The notes beneath the pieces were generated by a model, which had not been told where the DNA came from, made no database searches, and saw only the letters and a list, made by a program, of their open reading frames with translations. A program made the position numbers and the translations under genes. From Lytechinus pictus (taxonomy: Eukaryota), in contig NW_026974241.1 of the NCBI RefSeq assembly GCF_037042905.1, forward strand, positions 1 to 64,000: DNA of 64,000 bases. The letters are read 5' to 3'. Positions 14,601-25,600 of the stretch are shown in pieces. Every line of letters starts with the position of its first letter. The stretch's first letter is position 1.

Positions 14601-16910
14601 CAATTTTAAGTTTAACAGCACTGCCAGTTCTTAAAAATGGCGTAAAAGATAACAAAATCCCAATCTAAACAAGTGGAATGCCTCTGGCCGTCTCACCTGC
14701 ATCACGCGATTCAATATAGCAGCAGTGCTGATTTTGAAAACTACTATAACTCGCACAAGATGTTCAGTGATACTTGGTTACTCTTATTTCCACGTTTTAT
14801 GAACTAGACCAATACACTTATAGAGATATGATGGCAATTCAACAAATACCCCCAACGTGGCCAAAGTTCTTTGACCTTACATGACCTTTGACCTTGATCA
14901 TGTGACCTGAAACTCGCACAGGATGTTCAGTGATACTTGATTACTATTATGTCCAAGTTTTATGAACTAGACCAACACACTTTCAAATTTATGGCTGTAA
15001 TTCAACAAATACCCCAATTTGGCCAAAGTTCATTGACCCTAAATGACCTTTGACCTTGATCATGTGACCTGAAACTTGCACAGGATGTTCAGTAATACTT
15101 GATTACTATAATGTCCAAGTTTCATGAATCAGATCCATAAACTTTCAAAGTTATGATGGTAATTCAACAGATACCCCCATTCGGCCAAAGTTCATTGACC
15201 CTAAATGACCTTTGACCTTGGTCATGTGACGTGAAACTCATGCAGGATGTTCAGTGATACTTGATTAACCTTATGTATAAGTTTCATGAACTAGGTCCAT
15301 ATATTTTCTAAGTTATGATGACATTTCAAAAACTTAACCTTAGGTTAAGATTTTGATGTTGATTCCCCCAACATGGTCTAAGTTCATTGACCCTAAATGA
15401 CCTTTGACCTTGGTCATGTGACATGAAACTCAGGCAGGATGTTCAGTAATACTTGATTAACCTTATGGCCAAGTTTCATGAACTAGGTCCATATACTTTC
15501 TAAGTTATGCTGTCATTTCAAAAACTTAACCTCAGGTTAAGATTTGGTGTTGACGCCGCCGTCGCCGTCGCCGCCGTCGCCGTCGGAAAAGCGGCGCCTA
15601 TAGTCTCACTCTGCTATGCAGGTGAGACAAAAATGTGAAATTTCAGTAACAAACTACAAACGTACAATAAATGCTGCACTTTATTCAAAATCCATGTCAT
15701 TTTCACCAAAATTTGCAGAGTTGTAAAGGAAGGTATACCTAAGAGGTACAAACATTAAAAAATAGGGGTTCATGTGTTGTTTTTAAACTATCAGCATTTT
15801 TATTAGAGCAAATGTGCTTTTTAAAACACCAAAAATGCGCCGAATAATTTGTATCTATGTGAAGAAAAAATCAAAACCACTCTACCATTTATTCAAACTC
15901 GGGGTAATATCCGTGATTCTTGGCAGCACTGCAGAGTAAAGTATTTTGAAATTGTAGATAATTTTTTTTAATCGTCCATGGAATAATTCCACTTTTTAGC
16001 TTCATGAAATAACACATCGGATCTGCAGTTAAAGTGCAGAAGATGAGAAAAATCAGCTCATACCCGCAGCTAATTAATCACCTGTTCATCCATTGTGACG
16101 TCAGCGCGCAGTGTAAACTATGCGCAGATCATAATGCGCACAAACATAACTGTGGAACGTCCTTAAATGCAATTTTAAAAAGAATCAAGTGCAAGTCCCA
16201 AGTAAGTGTTTTTGATGTGTTAAAAATCAAGTTGCAATTGATTTTTGAGTTGCGTTTGATTGCAACTGTTAATGCAGTGGGCCCCTTGTTAGATGACAAA
16301 TAATAATTGAACGTCCATCAGAACTCCATTTTTTTCAATAGGCTGGCTTACCATTCAAAAGGTTGGAAAGACCTGAAGGAGTTCAATGAAGGATCCATAG
16401 CAGCAAAGTCCCAGAAACGCACATCAAAGTCATAACCACCAGTCACAAGCCTAGAACCTGATGGATCCAGAGCTACAGCCGATACCTGAGCAGGGGGCGT
16501 AACACAAGTAGATAATATAATCAACATGCTTAATACAATGTTTGTACTTACTATGCATTATTACCCTGACTTTAGCACAGCTACCCTGATAGGAAGCTTG
16601 AGCATTCAAGGAATTCCTTTCTACAAAGTACCCATTTACTACACCTAGGTGGAGAGTAAGGCAAATGAGGATAAACATCTTGCCAAAGGATGTGAGTGCT
16701 GCAGTGGGATTTGAGAGATACGTATTTAGTCAAATTAAGTTTGCGCATTGCATTACTTATCATGTACGCGTCAAAGTGCGACTCGAAGTCATACTTAAAT
16801 CTTTGTGAAACACCCCCTGATTACTTAAAACTGAGAAAAATTATACTCACTGATTTATTGCCGTGATTCAGCACTATCTCATGGGTTGCAGGAATCTTTT
16901 TCTCTGGAGG
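2602..16910 (-). CDS. WDR70: WD repeat-containing protein 70 (13 exons; 5' exons not found in window)
   Basis: GT-AG exons with consistent phases: 16910-16851, 16485-16352, 12283-12130, 11518-11442, 10974-10797, 10284-10185, 9695-9611, 8310-8175, 7520-7420, 6383-6304, 4970-4842, 3237-3069, 2710-2602 (TGA); 503 aa. WDR70 motifs: KIPATHEIVLNHG, VSAVALDPSGSRLVTGGYDFDVRFWDFAAMD, DRDGFEVMECVKGDQYIVDMAKTKGHTAML, SVVRCMWHPKLNQI, RDAILRHAKDAEENPLWIAPAY. Confidence 0.93.
4162..4732. mobile_element. Kolobok-type MITE (TTAA TSD, AGG terminus) in WDR70 intron
   Basis: TTAA|aggtcaagtccaccc ... gggtgaacttgtact|TTAA. Confidence 0.75.
4897..5341. repeat. Tandem repeat, 4 x ~111 bp, spanning a WDR70 splice acceptor and exon start
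   Basis: Units beginning catctg(c/t)ttcttataagccataatctcctgagg start at 4897, 5008, 5118 and 5230. Confidence 0.9.
8423..9216. mobile_element. piggyBac-like MITE
   Basis: TTAA|ccctatcttaactggg ... cccagtttaataaggg|TTAA; CCC/GGG termini. Confidence 0.75.
12320..12825. mobile_element. Palindromic non-autonomous element (two nested hairpins)
   Basis: Inverted pair ttgtacaacgcc / ggcgttgtacaa, plus a long hairpin aaatagcgaata...gctctattcaac-tcggctcacgcctc-gttgaatagagc...tattcgctattt. Confidence 0.6.
13115..13322 (-). mobile_element. tRNA-derived SINE (degenerate)
   Basis: Minus strand shows a B-box-like gttcaaatcc and core ctccacccaggtgttaaatgggtacccggtagg, shared with the SINE at 37200. Confidence 0.65.
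14271..16162. mobile_element. Non-autonomous TTAA-specific TIR element (Kolobok-type GG terminus)
   Basis: TTAA|ggacgttccacagtta ... taactgtggaacgtcc|TTAA; perfect 16-bp TIR. Confidence 0.85.
14667..15633 (-). mobile_element. Helentron-associated (HINE/DINE-1-like) non-autonomous element with internal tandem repeats
   Basis: Subterminal IR gtctcacctgcat (14690-14702) / atgcaggtgagac (15616-15628); partial IR gtctcac at 15603; GCC/GTC microsatellite at 15555-15585; ~162-bp repeat units at 14759, 14922, 15084, 15246, 15438; A/T-run ends without a TSD. Confidence 0.75.
16540..16710 (-). mobile_element. tRNA-derived SINE fragment
   Basis: Minus-strand core ctctccacctaggtgtagtaaatgggtac resembles the other SINE copies in the window. 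Confidence 0.5.
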
Positions 16911-17170
16911 CTTTAAAAGAACAAGACATAAAATAAAAATATTATATTCTAAATGCAAACACTTCAATGCTTAAACTGATTGTGGTGTGGTTGGCAAACT
17001 CAAAAAAATTTATTATGATGTAGTATATGCAATTTTTCATGCTGAATACGAATCTGGCAATTGTTTCCCGTAATTTTGTCTCAATTCGACACAAATCAGG
17101 AAAAAGACCACGGTTAGGGAACGCCCACTAAAATTGTTCAAAAGTCTACCGATTACGTAATCGTTGTGTG

Positions 17171-17186
17171 ACGTCATCAAGGGAAT
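17171..17186 (+). promoter_or_regulatory. Subterminal inverted motif ACGTCATCAAGGGAAT upstream of KolX (overlaps CRE TGACGTCA at 17169-17176)
   Basis: Exact reverse complement at 31287-31302, upstream of the transposase ATG. Function is inferred. Confidence 0.55.
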
Positions 17187-17277
17187 ATCAAGCAGTGGGA
17201 TCGCTCGGCCAAGCGCGCGTATCCATTGAATTTTCACAACAAGTTCTCGCGAAACATTTTAAATTCAAGCACAAATC

Positions 17278-18956
17278 ATGAGTGATCTTTCAGGATCAGA
17301 GAGTGAATATGATCCTGCCCACTTGTCATCTGATCAAGATTCTCCATGGTCGAATTCAGAGAGTGAGCAAGAAGAAGAATTTGCCAGAGAAAATCAAGTA
17401 GAGGCCGGTCCTGATATTCCTGCTGGCATGCAAGCAGCGGGTATTTTGCCGTACCAATTCGAGCCCGAGTTCCAACCAGGGGAAGAAATTCAGAATGTTG
17501 GTGCCATCCAAGAAAATGACATTGAGGGTAGACTTGGAAACAACAATTGGTAAGATTATCTCATACATAATCGTATTATTAATACTCCGTAACTAGTACC
17601 CTGAGTGTCTGAAAAAGATGTCTCATCTGAGAAGGTCGGATTGGAAGTGACGGAGCACTAGCGTGCGCTGCAGCCGCTGCTACCCGACGCTTCCGGCTGG
17701 AAACACAGCTCAGTTACGTTGCTATTAAAAGCCGAAACGAGGCTGGTGAACGGATCTGAGCTGTGGCTGCTGCCCGATGCTTTGACCTGAGCTGAGGCGC
17801 TTCGAATTCGATGGAGTGAACTAGGAATCATTTTACTTGACCTAACACTTGGTATCTTGCAGTCTAATAAATGTTTTCATTTTGTTTTTCAAATTTCTGT
17901 TGTTCATGCAGGTGTTCATGCAGCGGAGGATGCCAAGCGATGCCTCGAGTTGTCGAGTCGTACTGCTGCAAAGAAGTGGCTCAGGTAGTGGCGATGATGG
18001 ACCAGTACACTGCTGCAGAACTGAACTGCATCACAGAGCACCCTGGCTTTGAAGGGGTTTGTTTAAATCCGTGGGTTTTAGACACTGCATACTTAGGGTA
18101 TCGTCAGCAATATGGTGACAGAGCACGGCATGATGCAACTGAAAATGAGTGAGTGTTTTTTCATGAACAATTGCACTTATTTTCTGCAATCTAATATTGG
18201 AATAAGAAAAAAATTATAAAAAAAAACATGATTTTTATCAACTCAAAATACTCAATTGTCCTGAATGGTATCATGTTTTATATCATTTAAAATTATGAAA
18301 ATATGTATCATAAGACATAAGGTAAGTGTTGTAATGAGCTACGGTGATATATATTTTTGAATGGTTATTTCCATTAGCAGTCTTCAATTTTATTCTTTTT
18401 TGACTCAGAGGTGTTAACTACAACCCCCTCCTTACTTATGAATCACCTAAAATATATGCACATGTAGTAGTCAGCATAGGCGGGGGGGGGGGAGGGAACG
18501 TGTCCCCACCCCCTAAATTTGAGGTGGGGGGACGATCCCCCCTAAATTTTTATTTGATCACCTTTTTTTTGCTTGTCAAAAGATTTTCTTGTCCCCCCCC
18601 CCTAAAATTTTGGTTGATAACTTTTTTTATTGGGGGGGGGGGGGTTGCTTGTCAAAAAATGTTGGTAATCCCCCTAGATTTTTTGACTTCCGCCGCTAAT
18701 GGTAGTCAGTAGGATTTAGGGGAAATTTTAATGATGTAGATTTAGAAATCATGTGATGTTCTGTATCTGATTTACTTATTTTTAATTTCTATTTATTTTT
18801 TGTAGGAAACACAGGCACGTTGGCTATCGGCAGCTCGCAAGATGGTGTTGGGGATTTCTAGGGAGATCTGTGCGCGTCCCCCTACCTTCCTGTGCGGTGA
18901 CTCACATCCGAGCTACTTATCCATCGGACATTTACAGAGGTTTTGAAGATGCGTAG
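17278..18956 (+). CDS. KolX-type transposon accessory protein with P2X7 C-terminal ballast-like Cys-rich domain (219 aa, 3 exons)
   Basis: Exons 17278-17549, 17912-18148, 18806-18956 (TAG); GT-AG, phases 2/2. Acidic N-terminus with PYQFEP, then WCSCSGGC..ESYCC..CITEHPGF..VCLNPWVL..NEKHRHVGYRQLARWCWG..LPSCAVTHIRATYP..YRGF. AATAAA at 19306. Confidence 0.88.
18475..18701. mobile_element. hAT-like MITE in KolX intron 2
   Basis: 8-bp TSD GTAGTCAG on both sides (18467-18474 and 18702-18709); ends cataggcgg / ccgctaatg. Confidence 0.7.
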
Positions 18957-20010
18957 ACCTTTTTTATGTTGATTTCAATGAAGGCGCCTCTGAATCAACA
19001 GAGACATACATGATTGATTCCATGACAAGGACTGGATGTACTTAAGTCTTAAACATTTTATCGAGTGCCATTATTTTGTGATCTCTCAACTAGAAGTACA
19101 TGTAATTTGAAAGAAATTTTTTGCCAAGTATACCTGGTGTGTAGAAGAAAATTTCTTTTTGTCACATTTTTGACTGATAAAAAGTCATAAAGATTCTGAT
19201 GTTTTTATCACTGTGCTAAAGACAAGCACTCAGAGTTGTTTTATTATTGTATGTTTTGATGAAATAACAGGGAAGTGCTGATTGTATTTATTTCTGTTTT
19301 CTTTAAATAAAGGTGTTCAAACCAACTTAATTTTCTTGCGTTCTTTTCCAAAGTCAGTTTAGGCAGTCTTACTACAGTCCACTTCTGTTATAATCTTAAT
19401 ATTTATGGCAGCACTCATGCAGTACATATGAAATTGGTACTGGAAAACTGCCTGTCATTATAAATTACTTTATCTGATTATCATTATAACAAGAGTGAAC
19501 TAATGAAACCAAACATTTTGGGTATGTTTGGCCTATAATCTAGGCAGCGGCTGGTGCTATTGTCTTTTGCTGCCAACTGTTAATGTAAACAAACAACGAT
19601 TTGCAGCCCACAGCTTATACTACAGTTAGCGTTGGTCAATTTTTTTAAATTATGGTCAACAAATAGGTGTGGAAGTTTCATACTAAAATTATGTGTTGTC
19701 TGTTGTTGATAAACAACGGCAACTATTAATGCAGGACCGGAGTGTATAGGCTGTGCTACTTTGTAGCCCACTGTTAACAGTTGAACGCAAAAGACAATGG
19801 CAGTAGCCCCGGGCAAGACTACAGGCTAGGAAATGTTGGATGATAGATGAATGATTGAATGTTGCAAAATTGCTTTGACTTAGATGAATATAAGGTAGAC
19901 TTAGGCAGAGTTATCTGTATTTAAATTCAGAGGTAAGAGCATTGTACAATGTAGATTTGATGGAAGTGGAGAACATGTGAAAGAGGGACAAAAGAGCGAT
20001 AGTGGAATCT

Positions 20011-20167
20011 GGGGCCCGTTTCATAAAGAACTGTGACTGTTGTAACTTTGCCATTATGGAAATTACCATGGTAACATTGCTCAGCAGCCAATCAAAATCA
20101 AGGTTACCATGGTAGTTGCCATAATGACAAAACTACCAACTGTTGTTACTCTTTATGAAACAGGCCC
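20011..20167. mobile_element. Harbinger-like palindromic MITE in the Kolobok intergenic spacer
   Basis: ggggcccgtttcataaaga ... tctttatgaaacaggccc. Confidence 0.6.
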
Positions 20168-21062
20168 AAGGGGCAAGAGTGCATGTAAAGAGGAATCCAA
20201 CCAAGATAAAAAGTTGTTAAAAGAGGGGAAAGAAAAATAATACAATAGGTGAAAGTGTATTATATCGGAGTAACAAGAAAGTTATGAATTTCTGAAAGTT
20301 GTAAAAATTTGTAATTTGTATACCATTAACTATCATGGAGGCTTCACCGTATTGATGCTGTCATCTTGATGGAGGGAATATTTTCCATTTGCCCAATATA
20401 CACAAATGTGTATTGCATAAAAAGTTATTTTTATTCACATTTTTACTTAAAATTATATATGGTATTTTTGCTCAGGAACATAAAAGATGCTGATATTTCA
20501 AGTACTACCGGGAGGGGGCCCTACTTATGGGTAATACACAATTCCCTGAGAACTGAGTATACAGCCCATTGGAAAGTTGTCCCTACCACTTGTTATAATT
20601 TACTTTCCAAATTGCCAACTTGCAATGTACAGTCTCGGTGATCTCATTTTTAAAACCTACATATAAAAATCCTTTATGGTTGTCAACAATATTCAGTCTA
20701 AAATTACAATAGTCCACTCCCATTATAATAAGACTTTCCAGGCCAAATCAATTACCTCTAAATAAATGCGGCATTGATTTTACACTTTATACTTGCATAA
20801 AAAATATGCCAATGCACAGTTTAGACATTTGGAGCATTGCAACAAGAGCGTCCTTCCAGTGCACATATAATGGTAGTGGACTGTATTACCATAAACTATG
20901 CAGTAGCTGTAGAAAGACAAGAGACAGAATGCTTTTTTTTTTGTTAAAAAATCCTGCAAACTATTATATTCTCAGAGAAGCATTGATTTGCAAGTAGAAA
21001 TGAGTGCAAGAGACATAAATATGAATAAATATAAGCTGGTCAATAGACATGTTATGGCTTAA

Positions 21063-21450
21063 CTCGTTCAGGACAATCGACCTTAAGTGGTTAAGGTAAA
21101 TCATTTTTGTTTCAGAGCTCTAAAAATTACACCAGGTACATTAGTAAAAGAGAGAAAAAAAAACTATGCATACATTGCACTCATTGTTGAGTGACCATAC
21201 TGCCAGGAATTTTATGAGGATAATCTTTAAACTCCTCAAATTGGCAACACATTGGAAGAATTGAAGACCAGAGTTTTTCATCGAAATTGGCGTTTAAAAA
21301 ATATTATCCAAGTTCCAAACCATGTATGTTGGTTTCAAAGACATCACATTCAATTGGAAGCATGTAGCATTAAAATAAATATTGCTGTTGCCCATTTGAG
21401 GAACGAAATGTGATCACTTTAGTTGTTAATTAATTCCTGTCCTGAATGGG
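21063..21450. mobile_element. piggyBac-like MITE in the Kolobok intergenic spacer
   Basis: TTAA|ctcgttcaggaca ... tgtcctgaatggg|TCAA (one TSD mismatch). Confidence 0.55.
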
Positions 21451-21479
21451 TCAAGATAAGTATAACCATGGAGGTAGTT

Positions 21480-21955
21480 TACAGAGTTGCTTGTACAAAT
21501 GCTTGAAAAAATTGGGGGGAAAAAAATGTTTTCCAATTTTAGTAGATGTTACATCAGGGAAGATTTTGGAAGCTACCTGAATCATCAAATTCAGCTGTTT
21601 AAAACATGGAACACTTTGAAATGCATTTCAAATGTATTTCTACCACTTCACCTACATTTATAAACACAATAACATTCATACAAAGAAATATCTATGTAAT
21701 ACATGCTATATAACTTCTTACAGAGTTGCTTGTAAAAATGCTTTAAAAAAATGTTTTCTGATTTTAGTAGCCGTTGCTTCAGGTCATGCAAGATTTTTTT
21801 TAAGCTACACGACACATATCCGAGTCATCAAATTCAGCTGGCTAAAACGTGAAATACTTTGACATGCATATCAAATGTACTTCAACTACTTCATCTACAT
21901 TTATAAATACAATCACATTTATGTAAAGAAATATCTACTTATTACATGCAAATAA
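21480..21955. repeat. Diverged tandem duplication, ~240-bp period
   Basis: acagagttgcttgta(c/a)aaatgctt at 21481 and 21720, followed by parallel downstream sequence. Confidence 0.65.
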
Positions 21956-22629
21956 CACAGTAGAGAAAACATTCTGATAATGCTCTTAAATCTTCAAAAT
22001 TTTATACAATTATTGCAGTTACTAGTATTCCGAAATTGTATAGACCATGAAAGTTTTCTTTTGGAAACCACTGTTGGAGCTACAGTGGTCGTAACCGGCC
22101 AGCATGAGAGATTTTGAACCACAACTCATCATGATAATCATTGACCAACGTTTCAAATGAATAGTATTTCTAACAAAACTCCTTGCAAAGAAGAATTGTA
22201 CATGTGTTACTGTTGAACAAATCTTTCCCAACAATATTTCCTTAAAATTATGTAACTGATCACTCACAAGTATGTGGTCGACTTTACTGTTGAACAAAAC
22301 TTAAACAAATATAATTCCATAATAGATATGATTCTTTTTGTTTAATAATTTTGAAGCAAAGGTATCAAATTGCTCAGTCATCTGTTTTGCCTTCACAATG
22401 TTATTTGTACAACTACATGTACATCAGAGATGTATGTCTTCATATAAAATTCGCTAAAAAATATAGTTCATCAGATGAAAATGGCATGTTTAATCATAAG
22501 GAATCTTTTCTTCAATAGAGTAACTAAATTTTCTCTTAAATGAACTTATGTGTTCAATCTTTCATTCGTTCCAATTTATCATGAAGCTGTATACGATATT
22601 AGCATGATAGGGTTTACAGTTCGCTTATT

Positions 22630-25600
22630 TTAATTAAAACGACTTCGGTGATCCTGAACAAGTTCCTCCTTGGGAGGAAAGGTATATTCACTGCATAAAG
22701 ATGGCGGGGCTTCCTTCCTCTCTGGCAGTTGAGATGATCCTGTGCACAATCGTCTGACCTCATCCATCAGATCATCAACAAATTCTGAGATACAAAAAGG
22801 TTAAAAAGTGAGGTTCAACATGTACAGGTCAGCTAGACCAGCTAATGGATATACAAATATGTTGGATGGTATTGATTTACCAGTGTTTTTCTTATGCCAT
22901 GTTAGTATGCTATAAAATGTACCACCAATGGGCATCAAGGAAAAAAAAAAGCTCTTTAATCTTTATAGATTATATTGTTGAGAACAGTTATAGTGATCAA
23001 CATAACACATGAGAAAAGTAGGATTTAACTGATGTTACTCTAGTAATGAATCATTGCCATGGAATCATCCTTTTTCATAATATGTTTCTGATATGATGAT
23101 GAACCTATAGTCGATAACACACAGAACAAAATAAACTCACTGAATGTTTTTGCTTCCTTAACAGCTTTCACTGATGCCTTCCCTGGCTTGTACTTTGGTT
23201 TGCTGACCATGTACCGCTTGTCCCCTTTCAACGTTTTTGCCTGCTGTCGGTTGCCATTTTCATTGAAGTCCATAGCAGCAAGTCTGAGCCTGAATGATAA
23301 CCAGAAAATAAATGCACATAGTAAAAGCATGTCTAATACAGTGCGTAAACACAATGCAACATGCAAATTGCTTTTATTTTTCACCCGGTTTAACTCAGAA
23401 GATTTTTCATTCTTGCACAAGAAAAACAGTTCAAAGAAAGGATACCAAAAAGTCACTTATCAGGGCTATCTGAATTTTAAACATAAAACTGTCTGCTCTT
23501 TCATTTGATACCCATACCACATGGAATGATCACGAAATACCAAAGTTAAGTTTATTCAAACTAATGCTTGAATTTTAATTTTATAAAATGAATGTGGCCT
23601 CTTACCACTAGCGTACCTACGGGGGGGACGAGCAACAACCCATACAAAATACATATCACTGCCCCCCCCCCCTGACGAGCTTGAAAGACCTTTTATGCCC
23701 CCCCCCCCCTGACGAACTTGAATACCTTTATTGCCCCCCCTGACGAGCTTGAAGACCTTTTTTTTTTTTTTTTGCTTTTTCAATTTTTTTTCAATAACCT
23801 TTATTTTTTATTGAAGACCTTTTTTTTCTTTCTTTTTTTCTGGTACAATAACCTTTTATTTTTCATTGAAGACCTTTTTTTTCTTTTTTTTTTCTGGTAC
23901 AATAACCTTTTATTTTTTATTGAAGACCTTTTTTTTTTTTTTTTTTTGGCGGCCGATTTTGCCCCCCCCCCCCCCCTGTGGAAAATCCTAGGTACGCCAC
24001 TGCCTCTTACTATCTGTCAGACTTTTTTTGGGGGGGGGGGTTATAAAACCATTTGCATTATTCCATATGGGTTTTAATCCAAACATTAGATCTACCCTTT
24101 TTAATAGAGTCCTATAAATATCCACTTTTGCTTGGAATTACCCACATTATTTTGTGTGTATGCTAAATAAAGAAACATGGTCCAATGTAACTCTTCTCAT
24201 AGAATATATAGTGCATTTACCTGCTAGTCATTCCTTCATACGAATAGGACTTCAGCTTGGGCGCATACCGGTTCACCAGACTGTGATATGACTCCAGGGA
24301 AGATGTCTGTTGGTCTCCAGACAACTTTTTCACATCGTTCAACAACATGGTGCTTTGCACGATACCTGTTAGTTTTTCACAGACTTTTGTGCCTGAAAAA
24401 TGGATACAAAAGGAGCGGAATCATTAAACAATTGTTGCCTTAGGTAACCAGTGTATCATGCTTAATGAGCAGGTAACGTCATAATTACAGTTTTCAAAAT
24501 GGAAAAAATGCAATAAAATTGAATCAACATACTTTATGAGAGTAATGGCATAAATTGATAATGAATGGTATTGGTAGGTAAGGAAAATACAATATTCATA
24601 AGGTTTGATTTTTCTTGTTTCATATGATACAGATCTAACATTAAACAAATGAATCTTATTCATGAATTTACCTGGTGTGAGCCATTTTTTCTTGCGACCT
24701 TGAGCTTGCAAGTCACCATGAAGACACTTGGGAAAGACTTCAGAATGACCTTCATGGATCCCTTGGATGTGGTTCATAAGAGACTTCCACTTGGCCACCC
24801 TCAGATCGTCTTCATCCTCTTCACAAGTTGCAGCCACCCAATACATGTGGTTGGTGATGCTTGGTTCCCATTGCACAAGTTCTTCACAATCCTTTTGCTT
24901 CGCCAAGGCATGCACCTTCTTTCCAACACCTAATATAGGTAATAAAAAATATACCAAAACTAAAAACAAAAACAACAAAAATGCCTTAATTGATGACATC
25001 ATGCGAAATGTTTATCATAGATAACTGCCTCACGTATTTATATGAAAAACCAAATGCAAGCATGATGCAAAAGAGAAACAAGGAGATGGAATGTGAAATA
25101 GAAGCATTAATTTTTGGACTAAATCACTACTCGCTTCACATGAAATGACATCACAGAATTCAGGCCTTTGACAAGTGAGATACTGCTGTTTTTTGAAGCT
25201 CGCTAATTTGAGTGCTTGTAAAGCAAAAAACTCACTTGGTAAGCAATTAAATTAGATAAAACTCACATTGTTTTCTGAGTACTTGCAGCATTCTAGCAGT
25301 GTATAGTTGCTTTTGCTTAGGACCAGGAGTTTAAGCACTAAATATTTAATCATAAACAAGTCGAATTAATATTTCATTTTAAATATATTTTGCAAGACAC
25401 AAATGTATGATAATTACTCACCTTTGGATACATGCCAGACATCATACACATGAATAATGTGTGGAAGTGTGATTCTGATGTATTTGGCAAGTTGTCTATG
25501 TCGGTCCGTTACCAACTTCCTGATTACTAGTCCCTTGTCATCAAGAAAGTTGACAACTCTCTTGAAACCTTCCAACTCCATGTGGTACGAACCCTTCACC

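Noticed and set aside
17871-18956. Calling this gene P2RX7
   Set aside because: There are no transmembrane helices or ATP-binding ectodomain. Only the ballast-like domain is present, and it sits inside a transposon.
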